Of a stretch of 64,000 bases of DNA, positions 17,639-26,948 are shown one piece after another. The notes under the pieces were generated by a model. That model was not told the DNA's origin. It saw nothing but the letters and a program-made list of their open reading frames with translations, and made no database searches. Source of the DNA: Chloroflexota bacterium. GTDB lineage: Bacteria; Chloroflexota; Limnocylindria; P2-11E. The translations under genes were made by a program, and so were the position numbers. Numbering within the stretch: the stretch's first letter is position 1; the number at the start of each line of letters is the position of its first letter. The stretch is from positions 4,160 to 68,159 of the forward strand of contig VBDU01000034.1 of assembly GCA_005883625.1 (NCBI GenBank), in the 5' to 3' direction.

Positions 17639-19041
17639 TGGCCGAGTACGACATCGCGATCCTCGGCGGCGGTCCCGGTGGCTATGTCGCGGCGCTGCAC
17701 GCGGGCGCGAAGGGAGCGCGCGTCGCGCTCGTCGAGCGTGACCGCGTGGGCGGAACATGCGTGACGGTGGGCTGCATCCCGTCGAAGGCGCTGCTCGATT
17801 CGAGCCACGCCTACTGGATCGCGACCCACGGCGAGGAGCACGGCGTCCATGTCGACGGCGCGCGCTTCGATCTCGCGAAGGCGGTCGCCCGCAAGGACGC
17901 GGTCGTAAAGCAGAACGTTTCGGGCGTCGAGCTTCTGCTCAAGGGCCGCAAGGCCGAGCTCGTCAAAGGCGAGGGTACGCTCGTCTCGCCGACGCAGATC
18001 CGCGTGCGGACCGCGAGCGGCGACCAGACGATCGACGCGAAGGCGATCATCGTCGCGACCGGATCGAAGGTGGGCCTTCCGCCGATCAACGGGCTCGCCG
18101 ACGCGAAGCCGCTCGACAACGCCTCCGCGCTCGCGCTCGCCGAGCCGCCGAAGCGGCTCATCGTCATCGGCGGCGGCGTCGTCGGGCTCGAGCTCGGAAC
18201 GTTCTTCGCCGAGGTCGGGAGCGCGGTGACCGTGCTCGAGATGCTGCCGCAGCCGATCGCGTTCGCCGATGCCGACCTCGTCCGCATCCTCCTTCGTGCC
18301 CTCGAGCCGCGCGGCCTACGGGTCCGCGTGAACGCCAAGGTCACTGAGGTGCGGCGGACGGGCGCGGTTGTGAGCGTGTCAGCGGAGATCGATGGCAAGC
18401 CGGAGACCTTCGAGGGCGACCAGGTCCTGCTCGGCGCCGGTCGTGTCGCGAACCTCTCGGGCGTCGAGCAAGCCGGCTTCGCGACGAACAAGCTCGGCAT
18501 CACCATCGACGAGCGGATGCGCACGAGCGTGAAGGGCGTGTACGCCATCGGTGACTGCATCGGCGACCCGCGCGCCGCCAAGCTCGCGCACGTCGCTTCG
18601 ACCCAGGGCGAGGTCGCCGTCGACACGATCCTCGGGGAGGACGCGGCCATGGACTACGAGGTCGTGCCGAACGTCGTGTACACCCACCCGGAGGTCGCGC
18701 AGGTTGGGCTGACCGAGGCTCAGGCGAAGGAGAGGCACGGCGAGGTAAAGGTCGCCCGCTTCTCGTTCAAGGCGTCGGGCCGCGCCCTCGCGCTCGGCGA
18801 GACGGACGGGCTCACCAAGCTCGTCGTCGCGGGGAAGGACCAGCGGATCGTCGGCGTGCACATCGTCGGCCCGCAGGCGTCCGAGCTCATCGCCGAGGCG
18901 ACGCTCGCGATGAAGCTCGAGGCGACGACCGAGGACGTCATCGCGACGATCCATGCGCACCCGACCCTTGCCGAGACGTTCCGCGAGGCCGCGCTCGTCG
19001 CGGCGGGCAGGGCCATTCACACCGCGCAGCCGCGCTCCTAG
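17638..19041 (+). CDS. lpdA: Dihydrolipoyl dehydrogenase.
   Basis: Carries GGGPGGYVAA, the redox-active CVTVGCIPSK, and a C-terminal dimerisation domain with the HAHPTLAE motif. Confidence 0.9.
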   Translation: MAEYDIAILGGGPGGYVAALHAGAKGARVALVERDRVGGTCVTVGCIPSKALLDSSHAYWIATHGEEHGVHVDGARFDLAKAVARKDAVVKQNVSGVELLLKGRKAELVKGEGTLVSPTQIRVRTASGDQTIDAKAIIVATGSKVGLPPINGLADAKPLDNASALALAEPPKRLIVIGGGVVGLELGTFFAEVGSAVTVLEMLPQPIAFADADLVRILLRALEPRGLRVRVNAKVTEVRRTGAVVSVSAEIDGKPETFEGDQVLLGAGRVANLSGVEQAGFATNKLGITIDERMRTSVKGVYAIGDCIGDPRAAKLAHVASTQGEVAVDTILGEDAAMDYEVVPNVVYTHPEVAQVGLTEAQAKERHGEVKVARFSFKASGRALALGETDGLTKLVVAGKDQRIVGVHIVGPQASELIAEATLAMKLEATTEDVIATIHAHPTLAETFREAALVAAGRAIHTAQPRS

Positions 19042-19054
19042 ACTTTCAGTTCAC

Positions 19055-19128
19055 GGGCCGTTAGCTCAGTTGGATAGAGCTCCTACCTTCTAAGTAGGCG
19101 GTGGCGCGTTCGAATCGCGCACGGCCCG
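19055..19128 (+). tRNA. tRNA-Arg (anticodon TCT).
   Basis: The sequence is GGGCCGT / TAGCTCAGTTGGATAGAGC / CCTAC-CTTCTAA-GTAGG / GCGCG-TTCGAAT-CGCGC / ACGGCCC-G. The cloverleaf was folded by hand. CCA is not encoded. Confidence 0.85.
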
Positions 19129-19256
19129 CAGTTACGACGGGCGAAGAAGTACCCCGGACCGCTCGCGACTGATCTCGCGGTACCGCTCACCCGTACGCCT
19201 GTCTCCCTCGACCGGCCATAACCGCGACGGCCACCTTCGATTGGTACGTCAGGAAG

Positions 19257-21242
19257 GTGATGGCAATGCGTCAGCCCGTCGTCACGATCGCTCATGCACT
19301 CGTCCTCTGCACGATCATCCTCGTCGCGCATCCCGTCGAGCCGAGCGCCGCGATGTCGATCGCCGTTCGAACGTTGGATGGGAGCGGGAACAACGCGCGC
19401 CATCCCGATTGGGGCAGCGCGAGCACGCAGTACCTGCGCGTCGGCCACCCGCGATACGCGGACGGCGTCGCGGCCATGGTCGGCGGCCCGCCGGCGCGGT
19501 ACGTCAGCGACCGCGTCTTCAACGACGTGGGCCAGAACCTGTTCTCGGAGAACGGCGTCACGCAGTGGGCCTGGGCGTGGGGCCAGTTCATGGATCACGA
19601 CTTCGGCCTTCGCGACGAGACTCCCGCCGAGAGCGCGGCGATCCCCTTCGACGCCCTCGACCCGCTCGAGGAGTTCACGAACGACTTCGGCGCGATCGGC
19701 TTCCACCGGACGCCCGCCGCGCCAGGGACCGGCGTCCGCTCGCTGCGGCAGCAGATCAACACGATCAGCAGCTTCATCGACGGGTCGGGCGTCTACGGCG
19801 TAGGCGACGCGCGGCTGGAGTGGCTGCGGACCGGCTCCGCGAACGGCGATCTCGCCGACAACAGCGCTCTTCTCATGCTCACAGGCGACGGCTACCTGCC
19901 GCGCGCGGACGCGCGCGCCGATCCGTCCACGGCGCCGCCGATGGACCTCATGGGCGCGCTCGTCGCCACGCCGGACAAGGCGGTCGTGGCCGGCGACGTC
20001 CGCGCGAACGAGAACATCGCGCTCACCGCGCTCCACACGCTGTTCGCACGCGAGCACGACCGGATCGTCGCGCTGCTTCCGACCTGGCTCACGAACGAGG
20101 AGCGCTTCCAGATCGCACGGCGCGTCGTCGGAGCGGAGCTGCAGTACATCACGTACACGCAGTTCCTCCCGTCCGTCGGCGTGCGGCTCGAGCCGTATCA
20201 CGGGTACGACGCGCGCGTGAACCCGGGGCTCTCCAACGAGTTCGCGGTCGTGGGCTACCGCGCCCACAGCATGATCCACGGAGAGTTCGACATCGCGGTG
20301 CCGGCGGGCACGTACACGACCGCGCAGCTCGACGGCTTCCGCGCGCAGGGGATCGCGGTCGAGACGTCGGCGGACACCGTCGCGCTCGCCGTTCCCCTCA
20401 ACGTCGCGTTCGGCAACCCGGACCTCCTCCACGCCCTCGGCGTCGGACCGGTCCTGGCCAGCCTCGCGGCGGAGCGGCAATACAAGAACGACGAGCAGAT
20501 CGACAACTCGCTGCGCAGCGTCCTGTTCCAGGTCCCGAGACCGGGGATCCCCGACCCGACGGTGTGCGGGACCCCCGTCGTGAACCCCGACTGCTTCACC
20601 GGCGTCAGCGACCTCGGGGCGATCGACATCCAGCGGGGTCGCGACCACGGGATGCCGTCGTACAACGAGCTCCGGCGCGCCTACGGCCTCGCGCCCAGGC
20701 GCTCATTCACCGAGATCACCGGCGAGTCCACCGACCGGTTCCCGGTCGACGCCGCGATCGACCCTCGCGACCCGATCGACGACCCGAGCATCCTCGACTT
20801 TCTCCAGCTCCTCGACGCCGACGGCAACGTGATCCCGTTCGACAGCGACGCGGCGGAAGAGGACGCCGTCGTCGGCATCCGCCGGACGACCCTCGCTGCG
20901 CGGCTGCGCGCGATCTACGGCGACGTCGACCGGCTCGACGCGTTCGTCGGGATGGTCTCCGAGCGCCACGTCCGCGGGACCGAGTTCGGCGAGCTCCAGC
21001 TCGCGATCTGGAAGAGACAGTTCGAGGCGCTGCGCGACGGCGACCGCTTCTTCTACCTCAACGACCCCGTCCTCGGCACTCTCGAGCAGGCGTTCGGGGT
21101 CACGTACCGTCACACGCTCGCCGAGGTCATCGAGCTCAACACCGGCGTCGCCCTCCAGGCGAACGTCTTCAGGATCGACGGCGCGCAGCGCAAGCCGCCC
21201 GTGCACCACACGCGCGGGCCGAGCCAGCCCGTCAAGCGCTGA
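19257..21242 (+). CDS. Secreted animal-type heme peroxidase (peroxidase-cyclooxygenase superfamily, peroxinectin-like).
   Basis: Signal peptide present. Motifs LDGSGNNARHPDWGSA, WGQFMDHD (distal His) and RANENIALTALHTLFAREHN (proximal His region) match the family. Confidence 0.85.
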   Translation: MMAMRQPVVTIAHALVLCTIILVAHPVEPSAAMSIAVRTLDGSGNNARHPDWGSASTQYLRVGHPRYADGVAAMVGGPPARYVSDRVFNDVGQNLFSENGVTQWAWAWGQFMDHDFGLRDETPAESAAIPFDALDPLEEFTNDFGAIGFHRTPAAPGTGVRSLRQQINTISSFIDGSGVYGVGDARLEWLRTGSANGDLADNSALLMLTGDGYLPRADARADPSTAPPMDLMGALVATPDKAVVAGDVRANENIALTALHTLFAREHDRIVALLPTWLTNEERFQIARRVVGAELQYITYTQFLPSVGVRLEPYHGYDARVNPGLSNEFAVVGYRAHSMIHGEFDIAVPAGTYTTAQLDGFRAQGIAVETSADTVALAVPLNVAFGNPDLLHALGVGPVLASLAAERQYKNDEQIDNSLRSVLFQVPRPGIPDPTVCGTPVVNPDCFTGVSDLGAIDIQRGRDHGMPSYNELRRAYGLAPRRSFTEITGESTDRFPVDAAIDPRDPIDDPSILDFLQLLDADGNVIPFDSDAAEEDAVVGIRRTTLAARLRAIYGDVDRLDAFVGMVSERHVRGTEFGELQLAIWKRQFEALRDGDRFFYLNDPVLGTLEQAFGVTYRHTLAEVIELNTGVALQANVFRIDGAQRKPPVHHTRGPSQPVKR

Positions 21243-21252
21243 GTGAGGCGAA

Positions 21253-21271
21253 GGGGGCGCTCGGCGCCCCC
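21253..21271. terminator. GC hairpin (GGGGGCGC-TCG-GCGCCCCC) between the convergent peroxidase and HD genes; a REP-family member.
   Basis: Read directly at 21253-21271. Confidence 0.5.
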
Positions 21272-21282
21272 AGCCCCACAGG

Positions 21283-21981
21283 TCAGGTGCTCGGTCCTGC
21301 CAGCGCGCGCACGATCCGCCCGAGCTCGGCGACCTGCGGCTCGGCACCGCCCAGCGCGAATGCCTCCACGAGGCCCCGGTAGTAGCGCAGCTGTTCAGTG
21401 CGGCCCACGTTGAACCGCTCCCACAGGTCGTCGCCCACGCGCGCGTGGTCGGTCCCCAGAGCGCGCGCGTTGTGGAGCTTGTCGGAGAGCGCGAGGCGGC
21501 GGGCGGCTCCAGCCTTCTTCCGAAGGCGTTCGACCGTACGCTCCTTCCGCGCGACCGAGGTCGCCGGTCCACGGTCCTCGCCTGCTCCGGCGTCGCTCGC
21601 GCCGGCGACGAGCGCCGCGACGCGAGGTCCGAAACGCCGCGCGATCTCCGCTCGCGTGACGCCGCAGTCTTCGATCGTGTCGTGGAGCAGCGCGGCGATC
21701 GCCTCATCCTCGCCGCCGCCGAGCTCGAGCACGATCGAGGCGACCCCGAGCGGATGCGCGAGATACGGGATACGGGAACCCTTGCGCCGCTGGCGCGCGT
21801 GCAGCTTCATCGCCCAGGCGAACGCACGTACGAGCCGCGGCGAGCCGAACGCTGGCGATCCCTTCCCGATGGGCGGAGAGTACGCTTCCGCAAGGTCGAG
21901 ACCGATGAGGCTCCCGTTGTGGCTTCGCTCACTGCTCGTCCGGGGCGGCGCGATCCCGCCGGCGTCCGGTGGTTCCATCAA
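21283..21981 (-). CDS. HD-domain phosphohydrolase (RelA/SpoT-type (p)ppGpp hydrolase-like small HD protein).
   Basis: Carries AHRGQ-like HARQRRKGSRIPYLAHPLGVA and LLHDTIEDCGVTRAEI (HD motif). The start is uncertain and may be an internal GTG. Confidence 0.75.
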   Translation of the reverse strand: MMEPPDAGGIAPPRTSSERSHNGSLIGLDLAEAYSPPIGKGSPAFGSPRLVRAFAWAMKLHARQRRKGSRIPYLAHPLGVASIVLELGGGEDEAIAALLHDTIEDCGVTRAEIARRFGPRVAALVAGASDAGAGEDRGPATSVARKERTVERLRKKAGAARRLALSDKLHNARALGTDHARVGDDLWERFNVGRTEQLRYYRGLVEAFALGGAEPQVAELGRIVRALAGPST

Positions 21982-22045
21982 GCTGCCGACCTATGCGATC
22001 GTCGGCCTTCGCCCGGTGAAGGCCGAGCGCACCGCGGATGGCGGC

Positions 22046-22216
22046 ATGCAGGTGCTGGCGTACGACTGGAAGACCGGCGAGTTCGTACCCGACGGCAGCT
22101 ACCTGGCGCACCTCTTCATGCCGAGCATGCTCGAGGACGCTGGCGGTGACATCGACTACGTCAGCAAGGGCGAGTTCGAGCGCAGGGTCAATGAGCTCAG
22201 GTCGAAGCGCTGCTAG
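22046..22216 (+). CDS. Small hypothetical protein (56 aa).
   Basis: MQVLAYDWKTGEFVPDGSYLAHLFMPSMLEDAGGDIDYVSKGEFERRVNELRSKRC has protein-like, low-Arg composition, unlike neighbouring artefactual frames. Confidence 0.35.
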   Translation: MQVLAYDWKTGEFVPDGSYLAHLFMPSMLEDAGGDIDYVSKGEFERRVNELRSKRC

Positions 22217-22263
22217 GAGCAGCGGGCGAACGTAGCGCGCGATATGGAACGGCGCGGGTACAG

Positions 22264-23037
22264 TTGAGACCGGTGCCGAACGAACCTTTCATCGAGGAGC
22301 TCTGGGGCGTCGCGCGAGGCCTGTTCATGCCGGACCATCCGTGGTTCAAGGGGATCGTCGAGCACCGCTGGACGCGCGAGCAGATCGTCCTCGGCGAGAT
22401 ACAGCACTACCTGCGCGTGCGCACGAACCCCATCTTCTTCGGCTACATCGTCACGAACGTCGCGAGCGAACGGAACTACGCGCTCATGGACATCGTGATG
22501 GAGAACTTCATGGAGGAGCTCGGCGGGGAGAAGACGCACGTCGACATCATGCTGCAGATGCTCGACGAGGCCGGGATCTCGCGCGAGCAGGCGGACAAGG
22601 CCGATCCCGCGCCTGGCACGCTCGCCGCGATCGAGATGATCCGCTCAGGCTGCCAGAACCGCTCCGCCCTCGAGGGCATCGCGCTCCTCGGCTTCGTCGA
22701 GGCGATGCATGGCGGCCCCGACGGCGCCGCCGCTCGCGTGTACAAGGAGCTCACCGGCCACTACGGTTTCTCGCGCCGCGCCGCCGCGACGTACGAGCTG
22801 CACGCCGAGCAGGACACCGGTCACGGCGACCGGCAGATCGAGGCGCTCCGCAAGTACGCGACGGACGACGAGACGCGCGAGAAGGTGCGCCGCGCGGTGC
22901 GCCTGGGGGTCGAGGCGTTCAACTTCGAGTGGGACGGGCACGTGCAGGCGATGACCGGCGAGCGCGCGGTGTACTGGAGCGGGAAGACGGGAAAGCTCCA
23001 GCTCCGCCATCCCGAGGTGCGCCTGCCGAAGGACTGA
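22264..23037 (+). CDS. TenA/PqqC-like (heme-oxygenase-fold, probably di-iron) protein.
   Basis: 257 aa. The pattern HPWFKGIVEHRWTREQIVLGEIQHY...YELHAEQDTGHGD fits the PqqC/TenA_C family. Confidence 0.6.
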   Translation: MRPVPNEPFIEELWGVARGLFMPDHPWFKGIVEHRWTREQIVLGEIQHYLRVRTNPIFFGYIVTNVASERNYALMDIVMENFMEELGGEKTHVDIMLQMLDEAGISREQADKADPAPGTLAAIEMIRSGCQNRSALEGIALLGFVEAMHGGPDGAAARVYKELTGHYGFSRRAAATYELHAEQDTGHGDRQIEALRKYATDDETREKVRRAVRLGVEAFNFEWDGHVQAMTGERAVYWSGKTGKLQLRHPEVRLPKD

Positions 23038-23086
23038 GCGAATCCGCCAGCCCTGAGCGTGTCTCCTGGCGACGCCAGAGATTGAG

Positions 23087-23218
23087 CTAAAAGGGCCAGT
23101 CGCGCGGCAGCTCGGCGCGGAGCCGCTTGTACTGGGCATCGGCCGCGTACTTCTTCTTGAACGTCTTCAGCTTGCGGACAAGCTCGGCCTGATCGATCTC
23201 GAGCACGTTGGAGACCAT
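23087..23218 (-). CDS. Candidate small ORF (43 aa, Lys-rich); below the ORF-track size cutoff.
   Basis: MVSNVLEIDQAELVRKLKTFKKKYAADAQYKRLRAELPRDWPF. Lys usage is unusual for this genome. A 14-nt palindrome GAAGCCGCGGCTTC lies just upstream. Confidence 0.25.
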   Translation of the reverse strand: MVSNVLEIDQAELVRKLKTFKKKYAADAQYKRLRAELPRDWPF

Positions 23219-23311
23219 ACCCGTGGTCTCTTCGAAGCCGCGGCTTCAGTTGCCGCGTCAGCCCTTCATCCGCTGCATGACGGTGCGGTCGCTCTCGTTC
23301 ACGAGCCCAGC

Positions 23312-23740
23312 CTAGACCGCCTCGGTCGAGAACCCCACGCGCTGCGTCGTGATGAGCCGGGTCTCGGGTCGGGGCTCTCCGTTCTGGCCTGCGACGATGC
23401 GAAGCCGCGCGAGCACACGCCACCGCTCGCCGTCGGTCTCGACGCTCAGGATGAGGAACGGATTCTCGACGACGTCGCCGGGCGCCGCGCGGAACGACAC
23501 CGCGAGCGAGAGGTCGCTCGTCGCACCCGGCCCGAGGCCGACGTCGAGCGGGCGCTCCGCCGCGCGGAATCCGGCGTGTGGCAGCACCGCCGCGAGGAGC
23601 TGCACCGGCCGCTCGCCCGTGTTGACGACGCGCCAGCGCACCTCCCAGCCGTCGCCGGCCCGCGACGCGCCGGTCGCGTCGACGCGAAGGCGGGGCTCGC
23701 TAATACCCGGGTGTGCCGCTCGAGGTCGGGCTCCCGCCAC
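23312..23740 (-). CDS. Hypothetical protein.
   Basis: 142 aa with protein-like composition (WEVRWRVVNTGERPVQLLAAVLPHAGF...FLILSVETDGERWRVLARL). It overlaps the GNAT gene's 3' end by 41 nt, so the start is uncertain. Confidence 0.4.
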   Translation of the reverse strand: MAGARPRAAHPGISEPRLRVDATGASRAGDGWEVRWRVVNTGERPVQLLAAVLPHAGFRAAERPLDVGLGPGATSDLSLAVSFRAAPGDVVENPFLILSVETDGERWRVLARLRIVAGQNGEPRPETRLITTQRVGFSTEAV

Positions 23741-24236
23741 CGCCCGGGCGGAGTCCTTCGTCGGGGTACATGGCGTAATCGGGGATGACCGCGGCCTTCG
23801 TCCAGCCGAGGGCCTCGTAGAGCCGCTCGCCTTCGCTGCCGGTGAGCGTGTCGAGCACGAGCAGGCTGCGTGCCTCCGCGCGCGCGACCCGGTCCAGCTC
23901 GTTCATGAGCGCGCGGGCGATCCCGCGGCGGCGGAACGCGCGGTGCACCAGGACCTTCGCGACCTCGGCGCGGTGGCGCGCGTTCGGCAGCTGCGCGAGG
24001 CGGAGCTGGGCGGTGCCGACGATGCCGCCTCCGGCGCGCGCCGCGAGCACCACGACCGATCCCCGCGCCACGTCCTGCTGGAGCGTGTGCCACCAGGCGG
24101 ACGCCTGCGCGTGCCCGAAAGGCGGCAGGAACCCGACCGAGGCGCCTCCGGCGACGGCGTCGACGAGAAGGTCGGCGAGCTCGCCGACCGCGCGCGCGAA
24201 CGACGTCGCGTCGAGCCGCGCGACCTCGACGCTCAC
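23700..24236 (-). CDS. GNAT-family N-acetyltransferase.
   Basis: Carries the acetyl-CoA-binding motif HRAFRRRGIARALMNELDRVARAEAR. Confidence 0.75.
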   Translation of the reverse strand: MSVEVARLDATSFARAVGELADLLVDAVAGGASVGFLPPFGHAQASAWWHTLQQDVARGSVVVLAARAGGGIVGTAQLRLAQLPNARHRAEVAKVLVHRAFRRRGIARALMNELDRVARAEARSLLVLDTLTGSEGERLYEALGWTKAAVIPDYAMYPDEGLRPGGGGSPTSSGTPGY

Positions 24237-25183
24237 GCGAACTGCGGCATCACGCGCTCACGGAACGCCGCGAGCGCGTCGAAGTCGTAGGGACCCTCGC
24301 GCAGCGCGATGTTGAGACGCTGGGCACCTGCGGCCGCGAACTTCGCCACGACATCCGCGGCCTCGGTGGCGGTCCCGCGCAGGAAGCCGGTCATGCCACG
24401 GCGGTCGTTTCCCCAGTGACGCTGGTACAGCTCCTCGTGGCGCTTCGCGCCGACCGGGTCGGCCCCCATGTAGAAGCCGACGTTGATCGTGCGCGCGATC
24501 GACGCCGGATCGCGTCGTGCCTTCTCGCACCAGTCGTCGAGGACCGCGCTCTTCCGCCGCCACTCGTCCGGTGCGAGGTACGGCGCGTTCCAGCCGTCAG
24601 CGTGGCGCGCCGCCGCGCGGAGCGTGCGCTTCTCGCCGGAGCCGCCGATCCAGATCGGCAGATGCGCCTGCAGCGGCTTGGGGTTGTTCGGCGCATCGTG
24701 GAGCGTGTAGTACGTGCCGCTGAAGTCCGCGCGCCGCTCGTCGAAGAGCAGCCGCAGGACCTGCGCGTACTCCTCGAGCTGGTCCTCGCGCTCGCGGATC
24801 GAGGGGAACGGCAGGCCGTACGCCGCGAACTCCGATTCGTGCCAGCCGGCGCCGAGGCCGCAGTCGGCACGACCGCGCGAGAGGTGATCGATGGTGCTCA
24901 TGGCCTTGGCGAGCACGCCGGGATGGCGGTAGCCGACGCAGAAGACGAGACAGCCCACGCGAACTCGCGACGTCTCGAGCGCGAGTGCGGTGAGGCTCGT
25001 CAGCGCCTCGAAGCAGTCGCCGTCGCCGCCCTGCGGCGGCGATTCCTGGAAGTGGTCGGAGACGGAGAACCAGTCGAAGCCGTTGTCGTCGGCGAAGCGC
25101 CAGAGACGGCGCATCTCGGCGAGCGGTCCTCCGAGCTGGCCCAGGTGGATGCCGAACTTGATCGGAGTGCCTCGGATCAGTAG
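24233..25183 (-). CDS. LLM-class (luciferase-like) F420- or flavin-dependent oxidoreductase. The start is non-canonical or unresolved.
   Basis: IKFGIHLGQ, VSDHF and GAGWHESEF are LLM signatures. The only codons before the conserved KFGIHLG are CTG/ATC. The stop of the upstream lipoprotein ORF overlaps them (cTGAtc). Confidence 0.7.
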   Translation of the reverse strand, partial: LLIRGTPIKFGIHLGQLGGPLAEMRRLWRFADDNGFDWFSVSDHFQESPPQGGDGDCFEALTSLTALALETSRVRVGCLVFCVGYRHPGVLAKAMSTIDHLSRGRADCGLGAGWHESEFAAYGLPFPSIREREDQLEEYAQVLRLLFDERRADFSGTYYTLHDAPNNPKPLQAHLPIWIGGSGEKRTLRAAARHADGWNAPYLAPDEWRRKSAVLDDWCEKARRDPASIARTINVGFYMGADPVGAKRHEELYQRHWGNDRRGMTGFLRGTATEAADVVAKFAAAGAQRLNIALREGPYDFDALAAFRERVMPQFA

Positions 25184-25320
25184 CCGTAGGTCGGTTCGGG
25201 CGAACCGGCGGGAGTCCCCGGTACCGGCGTGAACCGCTGGCTGGGAGTGTTCGCGCCGCCCGAGCCCGCCCCGCCGCACGCGGCGAGCCTGCCGGCGAGC
25301 AGGAGCATGAGAACGATCAT
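25177..25320 (-). CDS. Small lipoprotein (47 aa).
   Basis: MIVLMLLLAGRLAACGG carries the lipobox LAAC. It appears translationally coupled to the LLM gene. Confidence 0.45.
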   Translation of the reverse strand: MIVLMLLLAGRLAACGGAGSGGANTPSQRFTPVPGTPAGSPEPTYGY

Positions 25321-25383
25321 CCTCAGCGACGACACGGCACCACCTCCTGATACCTTGGGTACGCACGGGAGGTGCCCCCGGAT

Positions 25384-25650
25384 ATGGGCACGTTCGCTGT
25401 CTTTGCGGTCGTCCTCATCGTCGTCATTCTCGCGCTTGCCGGTTTCGCGTTCGCGCTCGCCGTCGCTCGCCACGCGAACCGGCCGCGGCCGGCGCTCCCC
25501 GACAACTGCGGCGACTGCGTGTACATGCTCCCACGCGCCAAGGTGTACCGGCGCGAGACCCTCGAGGACCTCGACGGCATCGTGCACTACCTCTGCCAGC
25601 AGCGCTGGATCGAAGTGACGCCGTTCTCGCCGAGTACGTCGACGAGCTGA
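25384..25650 (+). CDS. Small membrane protein (hypothetical).
   Basis: One TM segment (FAVFAVVLIVVILALAGFAFALAV), then CGDC and YLCQQRW. Its 3' end overlaps the 5' region of the M20 gene in another frame. Confidence 0.4.
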   Translation: MGTFAVFAVVLIVVILALAGFAFALAVARHANRPRPALPDNCGDCVYMLPRAKVYRRETLEDLDGIVHYLCQQRWIEVTPFSPSTSTS

Positions 25651-26948
25651 AGGCGCTCATCAGACAGCCGACGGTCTCGGCCCAGAAGATCGGCATCGAG
25701 GAGACCGCCCGCATCGTCCTCGCGCGAGCGCGACGTGCCGGGATCGCCGCCGAGGCGGCGCGCGTCGACGGCGGACCGCCCACGATCGTCGGCGAGACCG
25801 GATCCGGCGACCGCACGCTGCTCGTCTACAACCACTACGACGTCCAGCCCCCCGAGCCGCTCGAGGAGTGGTCGACCCCGCCGTTCGAGCCGACCGAGCG
25901 CGACGGCTTTCTCTTCGGTCGCGGCGTCTCCGACAACAAGGGCAACCTCATGGCGCGGCTCCAGGCGATCGAGGCGTACCGCGCGACGATCGGCGAGCTC
26001 CCGCTCCGCGTGCGCGTGCTGTACGAGGGCGAGGAAGAGATCGGGTCGGAGCACCTCGCCGCCTTCGTCGAGCGGAACGCCGACCGCCTGCGGGCCGACG
26101 GCTGCATCTGGGAGGCGGGGTACAAGGACGCGGCCGGCAGGCCGACGATCTCGTGCGGGCTCAAGGGCATCGCCTACGTCGAGCTGCGCGCGCGCGGCGC
26201 GAAGAAGGACGCGCACAGCTCGGTCGCGACGATCGTTCCGAATCCGGCGTGGCGCCTGGTGTGGGCGCTCGCGACGCTCAAGAACGAGCGCGACGAGATC
26301 ACGATCGATGGCTTCATGGACGAGGTCCGCCCGCCGAGCGCGGCCGAGCTGGCCCTGCTCGAGCGGCTGCCCTTCGACGAGGCCGCGACGCTCCGCATCC
26401 ACGGCATCGAGCGCTTCAACCGAGGGCTCACCGGGGTCGAGCTCAAGAGGAAGCATTTCTTCGAGCCGACGTGCACGATCTGCGGCATCGTGTCCGGGTA
26501 CACCGGGCCGGGCTCAAAGACGGTCCTGCCGGCGGTCGCGACCGCGAAGATCGACTTCCGTCTGGTGCCCGACCTCACGCCGGAGAAGGTCGTGCGCCTC
26601 CTGCGCGGGCACCTGGACCGCCGCGGCTTCGCCGACGTCGAGATCGCGCCGAGCCACGGTGAGCCGCCATCGCGCTGGCCCGCCGACTCGATCACCGCCC
26701 GAGCCGCTGTGGCCGCCTGCCGCTCGGCGTACGGCACCGACCCCGTGGTGTACCCGCTCATGGTCGGCTCGGGTCCGATGGCGCAGGTCTGCGACCGGTT
26801 GGGCATACCGGTCGCCGGTTTCGGCTCGGGCAACGCGGCGTCGGCGAATCACGCGCCGAACGAGAACATCGCCATCGCCGATTACGTCGACCATATCCGC
26901 GCGTTCGGGCGATTCCTCCACGCGTTCGCCGGCCGTCCCCTCGATTGA
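25605..26948 (+). CDS. M20-family metallopeptidase (ArgE/DapE/dipeptidase-like). The start is non-canonical or unresolved.
   Basis: Carries HYDVQPP, GRGVSDNKG and EEEIGS metal-binding motifs. The conserved N-terminus (DAVLAEYVDELKALIRQPTVS) has no ATG/GTG/TTG in frame. The nearest in-frame candidate is CTG at 25605. Confidence 0.7.
   Translation: MDRSDAVLAEYVDELKALIRQPTVSAQKIGIEETARIVLARARRAGIAAEAARVDGGPPTIVGETGSGDRTLLVYNHYDVQPPEPLEEWSTPPFEPTERDGFLFGRGVSDNKGNLMARLQAIEAYRATIGELPLRVRVLYEGEEEIGSEHLAAFVERNADRLRADGCIWEAGYKDAAGRPTISCGLKGIAYVELRARGAKKDAHSSVATIVPNPAWRLVWALATLKNERDEITIDGFMDEVRPPSAAELALLERLPFDEAATLRIHGIERFNRGLTGVELKRKHFFEPTCTICGIVSGYTGPGSKTVLPAVATAKIDFRLVPDLTPEKVVRLLRGHLDRRGFADVEIAPSHGEPPSRWPADSITARAAVAACRSAYGTDPVVYPLMVGSGPMAQVCDRLGIPVAGFGSGNAASANHAPNENIAIADYVDHIRAFGRFLHAFAGRPLD

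Noticed and set aside
17638-19041. Possible MerA (mercuric reductase) identity for the flavoprotein next to the HMA-like lipoprotein
   Set aside because: It lacks the C-terminal Cys pair and NmerA domain. The active-site and dimerisation motifs match LpdA.
19083-20648. 521-aa minus-strand ORF overlapping the tRNA and peroxidase
   Set aside because: It overlaps a tRNA gene and is antisense to a motif-rich peroxidase; GC artefact.
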